Shown here piece by piece: positions 37,898-48,100 of a stretch of 64,000 bases of DNA. Made by a program: the position numbers and the translations under genes. Origin of the DNA: Bacilli bacterium (lineage in GTDB: Bacteria > Bacillota_I > Bacilli_A > RFN20 > CAG-288); contig JALCRV010000011.1 of NCBI GenBank assembly GCA_022652945.1, positions 6,297-70,296 on the forward strand, given 5' to 3'. The notes under the pieces were generated by a model. That model searched no databases and was not told the origin of the DNA. It saw only the letters and a program-made list of their open reading frames with translations. How positions within the stretch are numbered: the first letter of the stretch is position 1; every line of letters begins with the position of its first letter.

Positions 37898-39585
37898 ATA
37901 GGAAAAAAGTCCTGCTGAGGAATTTTCTGCTCGCCTTGGTCGGGTTCCTGATTTATTTTGGAACCTGCCTGGCCTTTTTTCTTTTTAGCAAAAACGAGGA
38001 ATTATCCATCGAAGAGACATACGCAACTCGTCTAGTTGCCAATTTAGAAAGCGGGAAGAGCAGCGTCGATGAAGTTAATCGTATCGCTTATAAAGATCAG
38101 GTTTTTCACCTTTCCTTTTACGATCTGAACAATCCGATTCCGACTCTTGATAACCAGGATTACTACCTTAACAATAACGGGTATATCCCTCAGCAGACCG
38201 AATATTCGAAGATTGTCTTTTCTTACGATGAATATTTTAAAGCGGACTGTCTGACTTCCACTTACTATCTTAAAGCCCAGAATGTATATTTAAGAGTCAA
38301 TAAGAAACTTTCACCTTCGTATCTGACATCAAAAGCTCTTTTTATTTACGGGACCCTCGCTTTTCTAGGCTTGGATATCGTGTTTTATATCCTGGCTTAT
38401 TATTTCTTCAAACGCTCCTTAAGGCCTTTAAAATTACAGGTCGAGAAACTTCAAGACGTCGTCAAGAAAAACCACGACATCGAATTCGAGGATGACTTAG
38501 ACTATCTCACGGCGATGATCAGGGACTCCCGCCACGCCTTAAAGCACGAACTGGAAGAAAATCAAATCGGCAGTCAGAAAATTGAGTTTATCCTTGATTC
38601 CTTCTCCGAAGGACTGATTGTCATCGACTCTACTTACAGGGTCATTATCCTTAATAAAAAGACTTTGAGCATCTTTAAAAAAGAGAGGAGCGACATCGAA
38701 CAAAGATACCTGAATACTTTAGGTGTCTCCCATGAACTGGAAGTCAATTTCTCGATGGTCATCCACACGAAAAAACAGATTACTTTCATCGAAAAAATCG
38801 ATGGGAGAGTTTACCAGTGCGATATTAACCCGATCGATTACGCTTGGACAAGGGATGAAGCGACTAATCAGCAAGTCGGAGCTTCCTTATTGATGATCGA
38901 TATCACCGATGAATACAATTCCGGAGAAATGAAAAAAGAATTCTTCGCTAACGCTTCCCACGAATTAAAATCTCCTTTGACCTCAATCCTCGGTTATCTT
39001 CAACTGATCGAAAACGGAACCATCAAAGAAAAAGATACTCCTTTAGCTATTCAGAAGTGCATCGACGATGCCAACCGTATGAATAAGATTATCTCGGATA
39101 TGCTCTCCCTCTCCTCCTTAGAAAGGGAATCTTTACGCCCGATTGAGGAAATCTCTCTTCCTTCCGCCTTGCAGTCTATCTTGTCTTCTTTGAAACTGCA
39201 GTGTGAAATCAAGAAGATTACCGTCCAGACTAAGCTTTCACCGATGATCGTTAAGATGAATCCGGATGATTTTGATAAGATGGTCCGTAACTTAATCGAT
39301 AACGGCATCAAATACAATAAAGAAGGCGGAAAGCTCATTGTCAGCAATGATAATAAACTAAGGACCCTGACTATCGAGGATAATGGTATCGGTATCGCTG
39401 AAGAAAATGTCCCTAGGGTTTTTGAACGCTTTTTCAGAGTCGATAAAGCCCGTTCGCGAAGAAACGGCGGGACGGGACTAGGGCTAGCGATCGTTAAACA
39501 TATCTGCAACTATTATGAATTAGAAATCACCCTCGATTCCACCTTGGGCAAGGGAAGCCGCTTTACGATTCATTTCCCGGAATAA
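37894..39585 (+). CDS. PhoR-like sensor histidine kinase
   Basis: Two TMs, PAS, H-box FANASHELKSPL, NLIDNGIKY, FERFFRVDKARSR, GGTGLGLAI. Confidence 0.93.
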   Translation: MNRKKVLLRNFLLALVGFLIYFGTCLAFFLFSKNEELSIEETYATRLVANLESGKSSVDEVNRIAYKDQVFHLSFYDLNNPIPTLDNQDYYLNNNGYIPQQTEYSKIVFSYDEYFKADCLTSTYYLKAQNVYLRVNKKLSPSYLTSKALFIYGTLAFLGLDIVFYILAYYFFKRSLRPLKLQVEKLQDVVKKNHDIEFEDDLDYLTAMIRDSRHALKHELEENQIGSQKIEFILDSFSEGLIVIDSTYRVIILNKKTLSIFKKERSDIEQRYLNTLGVSHELEVNFSMVIHTKKQITFIEKIDGRVYQCDINPIDYAWTRDEATNQQVGASLLMIDITDEYNSGEMKKEFFANASHELKSPLTSILGYLQLIENGTIKEKDTPLAIQKCIDDANRMNKIISDMLSLSSLERESLRPIEEISLPSALQSILSSLKLQCEIKKITVQTKLSPMIVKMNPDDFDKMVRNLIDNGIKYNKEGGKLIVSNDNKLRTLTIEDNGIGIAEENVPRVFERFFRVDKARSRRNGGTGLGLAIVKHICNYYELEITLDSTLGKGSRFTIHFPE

Positions 39586-39694
39586 TCGATTAAAAAAGCG
39601 AAGATGCAAAGAAAAACATCTCATTTCTTATACGCTAAAAAGCCCTTCACTAAAGGATTTTTCTTAGGCTTAAAACTTAAATGTAAAGTTTTTC

Positions 39695-39723
39695 TTGACT
39701 TGTAAACGCTTTCACCTTACAAT
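39695..39723 (+). promoter_or_regulatory. Promoter with cre-like operator in the spacer
   Basis: TTGACT-17-TACAAT with TGTAAACGCTTTCA (39701-39714) between the boxes. Confidence 0.8.
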
Positions 39724-39770
39724 TAAGGCAGCAAAGAAATTTACTTTGCGTTTCAATAGGAGGAATTGAA

Positions 39771-41210
39771 ATGAAGAAAAGAATTCTGATGCTTAGCTTA
39801 GTTGCTTTTGCTGCTTTAGGGCTGACCGGCTGCGGTACACCCGCTGTTTCGTCTGTCGCTGCGTCTTCAGCCACTGCCTCTTCGGCTGCTGCTTCTTCAG
39901 CTGTCCCTGAGACCGCTGTCCAGAAGGCTGTTAAAGAGGCCATGACTTTATCCCGCGACGAACTCATGAAGAAAGCCGCTGCGGAATTAGGTGAAAAAGG
40001 CAAGTTGAAAGTCTTAGCTGTCACTTCCCGTGGCGGCAAGGATGCTCCGAAAAATAAGTTTAAGGCACTGTTAGCTGCGGCTGGCTCCACCAACACCGAT
40101 CCGGTCGGATACGATTCGACTGTCGATGGCAAGATCTACACCACTCTCTGCGGTGAAATCGAAGCGGGCGTCACCGATGGTTATTCTGGCGCTATTCTCC
40201 AGGATGGCTATCAGCTGCAGAAGAAGTTCATCGATACTGGTTACCAGACTAACTACATCCCTAAGGAATGGAAAGATGATGCTTCAACCATCAAGGAAGG
40301 GAACGATGATCCTTTCACTCTCCAGTACAACTTCAAGACTTGGATGGTCAACAACAAGAATAAAGATACGACCATCGATAATGTCTGGGATATTACCGCT
40401 GATAAGTATAAGGGCAAGCTGTTCACCATGGATCCGGCGAATGAAAACGTCAACATGGACTGGCTCATCATGCTCACTTCCGATAAATGGGCTGCTGATC
40501 TGAAGACCTCTTTCGAAGCTGCCAGCAACGATAACAAAGGTCTTGATCTTACTCCGTATGAGAAGTATGGAACTGCTAAATATTCCTATGCTTTCATCGC
40601 TAAATACCTTGAGAACGCTGTCTTCTACGGTGATGATGGCAAGGCTGTCGATGCCTTGGCTTCCACTCCGGGTTCCATCGGCTGGATTGTCTATTCCAAG
40701 ATTCAGAACATCAAGGAAACTGCTGAAAAATCCAAGAAGAACATCGTGATCTCCGCTTTAGGCGAGGCCAATAGCGATGGCAAGACTATCGCCAACTCCG
40801 CGATGACTGGCTTTGGTGGATTCATGTATAAGCACTATATGTCCATCATGCCTAATGCTCAGTATCCGTATGCGACTTGCGCTTTCTTCAATGTCCTTTC
40901 GACCACTCCGGAAGGCTATACTGCCTGGGCTGCTGATGTCGGCGATTATCCGACTATGCAGTCGATTAACAAAGACAGAACCGTCAACGGCCATGGCACT
41001 TTAGCCACCACCGCTGGTGAAGATGGCACCTTCGCTTGGACTCAGGATGCAACTAAGGAAAACGTCTTCCCTTGCTTGAACGATCCTTCCGCCACTTGGT
41101 GGAATGATGCTAGCAAAGGTGATGCTGTCGTTGAGACTCCTTCCTACATTGGAACTAAGTACAATGCGGTCAAGCACTTCATCGATGTCTGCATCGCTGC
41201 CAAGGCTTAA
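39771..41210 (+). CDS. ABC substrate-binding lipoprotein (Fbp/Afu-like system)
   Basis: Lipobox LTGC, Ala/Ser linker, first gene of the ABC operon. Confidence 0.8.
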   Translation: MKKRILMLSLVAFAALGLTGCGTPAVSSVAASSATASSAAASSAVPETAVQKAVKEAMTLSRDELMKKAAAELGEKGKLKVLAVTSRGGKDAPKNKFKALLAAAGSTNTDPVGYDSTVDGKIYTTLCGEIEAGVTDGYSGAILQDGYQLQKKFIDTGYQTNYIPKEWKDDASTIKEGNDDPFTLQYNFKTWMVNNKNKDTTIDNVWDITADKYKGKLFTMDPANENVNMDWLIMLTSDKWAADLKTSFEAASNDNKGLDLTPYEKYGTAKYSYAFIAKYLENAVFYGDDGKAVDALASTPGSIGWIVYSKIQNIKETAEKSKKNIVISALGEANSDGKTIANSAMTGFGGFMYKHYMSIMPNAQYPYATCAFFNVLSTTPEGYTAWAADVGDYPTMQSINKDRTVNGHGTLATTAGEDGTFAWTQDATKENVFPCLNDPSATWWNDASKGDAVVETPSYIGTKYNAVKHFIDVCIAAKA

Positions 41211-41230
41211 TAGTTGATTCAGTCTTAATT

Positions 41231-41265
41231 GAAAGCAAGCTGGGCTTTAAGCCTGGCTTGCTTTC
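41231..41265 (+). terminator. Stem-loop after SBP gene
   Basis: GAAAGCAAGCTGGGC-TTTAA-GCCTGGCTTGCTTTC followed by a pyrimidine tract. Confidence 0.7.
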
Positions 41266-41303
41266 TCTCTTTTTAGAAGTCTACGATCGAAAGGGGAATA
41301 AAA

Positions 41304-43208
41304 ATGGAAAAGGGAAATCCCGGATCTAACGGTCCAAGTTCCAAGACACCTGGCTCGACCAGGCTTGATCCGATGAACCGTAATTTCAATCGTCAGGTGG
41401 TGCGCGGCTTCAATAACGTCAAAACGTATTTTTCGAATCCCGCCAACACCTTGCTTTGTATTTTTTTGGTGATTCTTCTGATTTTAAATGTCGCTCCGAT
41501 GATTTCGGTCGTAAAAGATGCTTTTACTTTCCATGTTGGGGAAACGGATGCTTTATACAATGATACCGACCCGGGATCTTTTACCACTTATCACTGGGTA
41601 GAGGTTTTTGCCTCCGATACCTCCACGGGCTACTTCTGGAAACCTTTAGGTCATTCATTGTTGGTTTCCACCCTCGCCTGCGCTTTCGCCATTATTTTCG
41701 GCGGTTTAGCAGCCTATTTTATCTGCCGGACCAATATGAAATTGAAAAAGTTCATTTCGGCGGTCTTTATTTTCCCTTACATCATGCCGCAATGGACTTT
41801 AGCTCTGTTCTGGAAAAACTTCTTTATCTCAACTGAATGCGGAAAATTAGGCTACGTTGGGGAACTCCAGGCTTTAACTGGCATCGCTAGCCCTCTATGG
41901 TTCGTCTTCGGGGCTTTCCCGATTTCGGTCGTTCTGGGTCTGCATTACGCTCCGTTTGCCTATATCCTTATCGGTGGCGTCTTAAGAAACATGGATGCTA
42001 ACTTAGAAGAAGCCGCGACCATTTTGAACATTCCGAAATGGAAGACGTTCTTCAAAGTCACTATTCCGATGCTTAAACCCGCCATTCTCTCCACGATTCT
42101 TCTCGTCTTCTCCGCCGCGATGTCCTCTTACCCGGTCGCTCAGACTTTGGGCACACCTGTTAACTATTTCGTCTTGGCGGTCAAGATGAAGGGGATGATC
42201 GAAGGTTCCTCCGGTGCTAAAATCGGGCAGGGCGCCATCGTCTCAATCGTCTTGATTCTCTTCGGCTTTGCGATCTTGGCTATGAACCAGATCGCTACGG
42301 GCTCCAGAAAACAATTCACTACTGTTTCCGGTAAATCCGGTCAGGTAACGAAGATTGATCTTGGCAAAGTCGGAAAGTGGATCGCCGGAATCGTCTTCAC
42401 CATCTTAGTTGTCTTCTTCTGCATCGGCCCGATGATTTCCTTCTTAATCGAATCGTTAGTTCCTAACCCCGGCGATTATTCTTCCGGTTTAACCTTCTAT
42501 TACTGGACCACTTCAAATATCATCCGCAACGATTACCACGGTGTATTTAATGAACCGAAGATCTGGGAAGCCTTAAAAGGCTCGGTGATCCTAGCGATCT
42601 CCTGCTCCTTGATCGCTGGCACCTGCGGCTTATTGATCGGTTATGCCGTCGCGAAAAAGAGGAAGAGCAAGCTGGCTCAGTTCGTCAATGGTCTGGCTTT
42701 CTTCCCGTATTTGCTCCCGTCCGTTTCCTTATCCGCCGTCTTTATGCTCCTCGCCTTAAGTCTTTCTAAAGACCATATCACTTACTTCTATAAGAACCCG
42801 ATGGTGGTCTGCATCATCCTCGGCTCCTTGAAATACATACCTTTCGCTTCACGTTCCTCCTTGAACGCCATGATGCAATTAAGCGGGGAAATCGAAGAAG
42901 CTGGTGTCATTCAAAATGTCCACTGGTGGAAGAGAATGACCAGGATCGTCTTCCCGATTCAAAAGAGCGCTTTCCTCTCAGGTTATCTGCTGCCGTTTAT
43001 CTCCTGCATGAGAGAGCTTAACCTCTTCATCTTCATCGGTTCGGATACGATGATTCTCACTAAATTCATGTACTTGCTAGAAGATACGGGTGTCGCCGCT
43101 TTGGAAAATGCGGCCAACCTGATCTTGGTCGTTATCATTCTTGTCGTCAACTGGGGAGTCAATCTCCTCACCGGCGCTTCGATCGATAAAGGTATAGGAG
43201 GAAAATAA
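41304..43208 (+). CDS. FbpB/AfuB-type double-domain ABC permease
   Basis: About 12 TMs; two EAA motifs (LEEAATILN, EIEEAGVIQN). Confidence 0.9.
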   Translation: MEKGNPGSNGPSSKTPGSTRLDPMNRNFNRQVVRGFNNVKTYFSNPANTLLCIFLVILLILNVAPMISVVKDAFTFHVGETDALYNDTDPGSFTTYHWVEVFASDTSTGYFWKPLGHSLLVSTLACAFAIIFGGLAAYFICRTNMKLKKFISAVFIFPYIMPQWTLALFWKNFFISTECGKLGYVGELQALTGIASPLWFVFGAFPISVVLGLHYAPFAYILIGGVLRNMDANLEEAATILNIPKWKTFFKVTIPMLKPAILSTILLVFSAAMSSYPVAQTLGTPVNYFVLAVKMKGMIEGSSGAKIGQGAIVSIVLILFGFAILAMNQIATGSRKQFTTVSGKSGQVTKIDLGKVGKWIAGIVFTILVVFFCIGPMISFLIESLVPNPGDYSSGLTFYYWTTSNIIRNDYHGVFNEPKIWEALKGSVILAISCSLIAGTCGLLIGYAVAKKRKSKLAQFVNGLAFFPYLLPSVSLSAVFMLLALSLSKDHITYFYKNPMVVCIILGSLKYIPFASRSSLNAMMQLSGEIEEAGVIQNVHWWKRMTRIVFPIQKSAFLSGYLLPFISCMRELNLFIFIGSDTMILTKFMYLLEDTGVAALENAANLILVVIILVVNWGVNLLTGASIDKGIGGK

Positions 43209-43211
43209 ACC

Positions 43212-44861
43212 ATGCCAGAGATTATCTTAAAAAATGTAACCAAAAGATACGGTGACTTCTACGCTGTCGAAAATATTAACCTGACGATCCCGGATGATTC
43301 GTTTATCACCTTACTAGGGCCTTCCGGCTGCGGCAAGACCACGACCTTAAGAATGATCGCGGGTCTGGAGACTCCGACTACGGGAAAGATCACCATCAAC
43401 GGGGAAACTGTCTTTGATTCGGATGCCGGCATCAACGTCTCCGCCAATAAACGCCATGTGGGCTTCCTTTTCCAGAACTACGCCCTCTGGCCGCATATGA
43501 CTGTTTATAAGAACATTCAGTTCGGCTTAGCTAACGTCGATCAAGTGATGCCTGTCCACGCTTCCGAATATGAAAGACTCTTAAGGATGCAAAAAGTCGT
43601 CGTCGAGAAAGAAAAACTCGCCGGCTGCTTTAAATCCTCCCTGGATAAAAAAGGCAAGATCGAACCCAAAAAGGCCTTACTGAATCTGATCGATACTTTC
43701 GAGATTTCCATGTATTCAGCTAAAGAGCTCTTCCAAGCTTTAGCCAATAAGAACGTCGCTGTCTGGCAACCGATATTGGATCAACTCGGCGATGAATATA
43801 AGAAAATGGCTGAAGAGAATCTCCAAAAGCTTGAATCCAAAGGTTTCGAGGTCAACGACAAATTCGACCTGGTCCAGAATAAACAAGTCGTCGCTAAGAA
43901 GAGACATCTGGATAAAGAAGAAATCGATCTTAGAATCCGCAGGGTAGCGAGAATTGTCAAAGTCGGGGAATTCATGGACCGTTATCCTAATGAGCTCTCC
44001 GGTGGCCAACAGCAAAGAGTCGCCATCGCCCGTACTTTAGCTCCGGGTCCGAAAGTCCTCTTCATGGATGAGCCGCTTTCTAACCTCGATGCTAAATTAA
44101 GGTTGGAAATGAGATCGGAATTAAAAAGACTCCATCACGATACCGGGGCGACTTTTATCTACGTCACCCACGATCAGTTGGAGGCTATGACCTTAGCCAC
44201 CAGGATCTGCCTCATCAATAACGGTGTGGTCCAGCAATACGATGCTCCTCTTGATGTCTATAAACATCCGAATAACTTATTCGTTGCTGACTTTGTCGGC
44301 AATCCGGCGATTAACCTGATTGAAGCCAAGGCCAAGCAGGATAAGGAGGGGATTCATCTTTCTTTATTCGGCTCCCAAGTCAAAGCGACCTTCATCCCGA
44401 ATACTTATGTTGATCTAGCTCAGTTCCGCAAGGAAATGGATCAGGAAACCCAGGCCAAGAAAGCTGAATACGAAAAGAAACTGAAACAGAAGTCCTTCGT
44501 TGTCAAAGGCAATGCGGATAAGCCGTTTAACTTCCACATTCTGACTATCAACGGTAATTTGGATTCCAAAGACGAGAAAGACATTCAGAACGATGATTAT
44601 GTTATCGGCATTCGCCCGGAGTTTATGAGAATCGAAGATGACGGGAAGTTGGAGACCGATGTCTATTCCGCTATGCCTTCTGGCATGGAAACAACCGTCA
44701 AGCTCAGAGTCGGGGAATTCATTATCACCTCGGTGGTCTTCGGCGGCGTTGACTATAAAGTCAACGCGAAGGCCAAGGTCAATATCATCGGGAAGGAAAT
44801 TCTCCTCTTCGATCGCAAGACTCAAAAGTTGATTGCGGCTGGTGAATTGAAATTAGAATAA
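43212..44861 (+). CDS. ABC ATPase (FbpC/MalK-like) with large helical insertion
   Basis: GPSGCGKTT, FQNYALWPH, about 130-aa insert, LSGGQQQR, MDEPLSNLD, TOBE domain. Confidence 0.92.
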   Translation: MPEIILKNVTKRYGDFYAVENINLTIPDDSFITLLGPSGCGKTTTLRMIAGLETPTTGKITINGETVFDSDAGINVSANKRHVGFLFQNYALWPHMTVYKNIQFGLANVDQVMPVHASEYERLLRMQKVVVEKEKLAGCFKSSLDKKGKIEPKKALLNLIDTFEISMYSAKELFQALANKNVAVWQPILDQLGDEYKKMAEENLQKLESKGFEVNDKFDLVQNKQVVAKKRHLDKEEIDLRIRRVARIVKVGEFMDRYPNELSGGQQQRVAIARTLAPGPKVLFMDEPLSNLDAKLRLEMRSELKRLHHDTGATFIYVTHDQLEAMTLATRICLINNGVVQQYDAPLDVYKHPNNLFVADFVGNPAINLIEAKAKQDKEGIHLSLFGSQVKATFIPNTYVDLAQFRKEMDQETQAKKAEYEKKLKQKSFVVKGNADKPFNFHILTINGNLDSKDEKDIQNDDYVIGIRPEFMRIEDDGKLETDVYSAMPSGMETTVKLRVGEFIITSVVFGGVDYKVNAKAKVNIIGKEILLFDRKTQKLIAAGELKLE

Positions 44862-44889
44862 AAGCTGTTTTCTTTCGTTTAACTGTTTC

Positions 44890-44917
44890 GGGGGAGATTT
44901 TTTCTCCCCCTTTTTTT
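44890..44917 (+). terminator. Rho-independent terminator
   Basis: GGGGGAGA-TTTTT-TCTCCCCC followed by T7. Confidence 0.85.
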
Positions 44918-45105
44918 GTTAAAGAATAATGTTTTATAAAGTTTTTTGATAAAAAATGTTGCATTAAGCCCAAAAGACTAAAAATTGACCTATAATAAAA
45001 TAGATGGATATCTTAATGGGTGGATTACTCTTAGGTTGAGGAAAAGAGCTGCTTTTTTTCAACAAGAAAGCTGAATTGCATCCTTATTGGTCTAAGGAGA
45101 AAGGA

Positions 45106-48100
45106 ATGGAACTTCACACCTATCCGTTGACTGAGGAAGAAAGGCAGACGATTAAGGCCAATCCTCTGGCCTTCGCCGCCTTTCGAGTTAATATGGATAA
45201 GTTGGAATTGGTGGAAGGCTCCGAAGCATTTTTAAAGATATTCCCTTTACCTTATGAAATTTTAAAGAAGGATTTTTATGCCGCGGTCAAGGATTTGACC
45301 TTAAAAGAAGACAGGGATCAAGTCTTTGCTGATTTTCAGCTAGCGGAGTATAACCACGAAGGCATATTAAAGAGTTCTTTCCGCTTGAAAGGAGCAGAAG
45401 GGGATTACACTCTCTTTTCGATAAATGGCCAGCTCTTCCGCTTAAAAGATGAAACGGTACTTATTTATTGCTTTATAAGCCAAGAAGATGAAAAGACCAA
45501 GGATCAAAAAAACCTTCAAGCGGATAATGAAAGAAAGGACATCCTCTTTGAAAGGATTCTTTCGACAACTAAAACCGCGATTTTCTGGAAGGATTCTGAA
45601 CGCCGTTTCTTAGGGGCGAACAGAGCCTTCTTGGATTATTACGGCTTTAAAGATGAGAAATCTATCATCGGGAAAAATGATGAGGACATGGGCTGGCATA
45701 GCGATCCAGATCCTTTTATGAACGATGAGATTCGCGTTTTAAAAGAAGGCGTATCGACTTATCGGGTGGAAGGGAAATGCTTTGCCCGTGGTAAAGAAAG
45801 AAATATCGTGGCTTCGAAAAGCCCGATTATCGTCCAGGGAAAAATCCTCGGATTGGTGGGCAGCTTTGAAGATGTCACTTTAGAAAAAGGGCAGGAGAAG
45901 CAAATCTCTGACTTAAATGAGAAACTTAAGCAAGCGGTTATCCAACATGAACGGTTGATGGAAGTCTTTAATGTCATCATCGTTAAAATATCCTTGAAAG
46001 ATTTTTCCTTCGTGGAGAATGGCGAAGCCATGCTTAACATGCTGGGCCTCAGCCAAAAAGAATTCTTAGAAAAATACGACGGGAAATTCTCCGCTTTGTT
46101 TCAAGGCGAATATCAGGAAGAATTCACTCATCTCCAAACAAGCATCTCCTCCGCTTTAGCTGATAAAAGGGCAAGCTTAAATTTTAATATGAAGGTCCCG
46201 GCTGTTTACGGACCTATTTGGATCAGCGGTGCCCTCTCTTTTAGCGATTATCTTCTTTTGGAAAATAAGCCCGCTTCGTTTATTATGGTTTGTCGCGATG
46301 TCTCCCAGCTTGTCTTAGTCCAGAAAAAATTAGCGGTTGCCGAAATTGAGGCTCATAAAGCCCAGGTCTTAGAAAGACAAAGCCACGAACAGTCGATGTT
46401 TATCGATGAGGTGCCGTCCGGCCTAGGAGCCCTACTTATCAAAAACGGTCAGGCTGAAGAGCGAATCAGAATCAATAAGTTCCTAGCGAAAAGGATCGCT
46501 TTAGATGAAAAGGCCGGTAATATTGTTCCCTTAGAGGACTTCGTGGAGTGCATCCATCCGGATGAAAGGGAATCCTTTATGGATAATCTTCATCAGACTA
46601 TCAACCTTAAAGGAGCAATCAGCAGCCAATATCGGCTTTTAAGCAAAGCTGGCACTTATTTTTATAACGCGGTCCGTTTCTCATATTCCAGCCATGCCTC
46701 GGAACAGGAAGTAGTCTATTTCGCTTTCAGCGACATTACCGAAATCAAAGAAGCTGAAAGCAAAGTCTTGGAAAGTCAGCATTTTTATCGTGAAGTAGTA
46801 AGGGCCGCGAAATTGTCGACTTGGGTTTACGACATTAAAACCCATAGCGTGGAAGTCGATGAAGAAGCTTCACCTTTACTTGAAAGCCTGAATACGGGAG
46901 GCGGCCTATGCGTTTCTAATCTTCCTGACTCCTTACTTCCTTATATCGAGCCTAAGGACCGTGAACGTCTAATTGAGATATATAAGAAAATCGAACGCGG
47001 GGAAGATGCTACAGGTGAGTTCTGGCTTAAGTCTGACCAATTCCAAGGCTCCAGATGCGAAAGAATCAACTATATCGTTGAAAAAGATGAAGATGGTAAA
47101 CCTATTAGAGCGATTGGTTTAGGTCAAGACGTCACGAGAGAAAAGAATAACGAGGAGCGTTATAAAAGAGAAATCAGGATTCTTAAGGAAATCGATGAAG
47201 GATCTTTATTGTCTAAAGGCCATTTTAACCTGACTAAGAACCTCGTCTTGGAGTATGTTTCGAAAGATAACGATGTCTTTAAGGCCCGTCCTTTCGGCTC
47301 TTATAATGAAGCGATTAAGGCGTTCACTGACCTTTTAGAAAACGAGAACGAAAAAAAGAAGGTCTTAGAAAAGATCGATCCTTTAAACTTAATGCTCGCT
47401 TATCAAAACGGGGAAATGACCTCCAACATTGTCTACCACTGCCGCATCGATGGCCAGCTTCCATCTTTTATCTCCTTAAACCTTCATACGTATCTGATCC
47501 CGGAGACGGGGGATTTGGAACTGTTCACCTATGCTTACGATATTACCGATAAGGTCGAGAATGACCGGATTATGTCCTTGATCTCCGAAAGAGACTTCGA
47601 CTATATCGGCTTGATATTCTCTAAAGAAAACAAGTTTGAGTTCATTAAAAAAACACAGGCGATTCTTTTTCCTGAGGTCCGTCAGTTGACCGATTATTCC
47701 ACCTGCTGCTCTTACGTCAAGAAGAATTTTGTGAACGATGATGAAATCGAACAGTTCGAAAAAGCTACTTCGCTTTCGGAGATCTTGGAGGGCTTAAAAG
47801 AAAACGGCCACCACGTAGCGAATTATCACCGTACTGAAAGCGGAAAAGTATTAGCTAAACAGCTGGACTATTTCTGGCTGGAAAAGGAGTATGGGATTAT
47901 CTTGGTAGTCCGAGCGGATATCACCGCTTCCTTTAAACGAGATCAGGAACAGATGAAGACGATTCAGAAAGCCAAGTTGGAGGCCGATAAGGCCAACGAA
48001 GCCAAATCCGCTTTCCTTTCCAGCATGTCCCACGATTTAAGGACACCTTTAAACGGGGTGCTCGGTTTTACTAAGCTCGCTTTAAAGGAAAAAGACCCGG

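Noticed and set aside
37190-39585. Assigning phoB/phoR gene symbols
   Set aside because: Family resemblance is strong, but there are no pst/phoU genes or clear pho boxes nearby to confirm orthology
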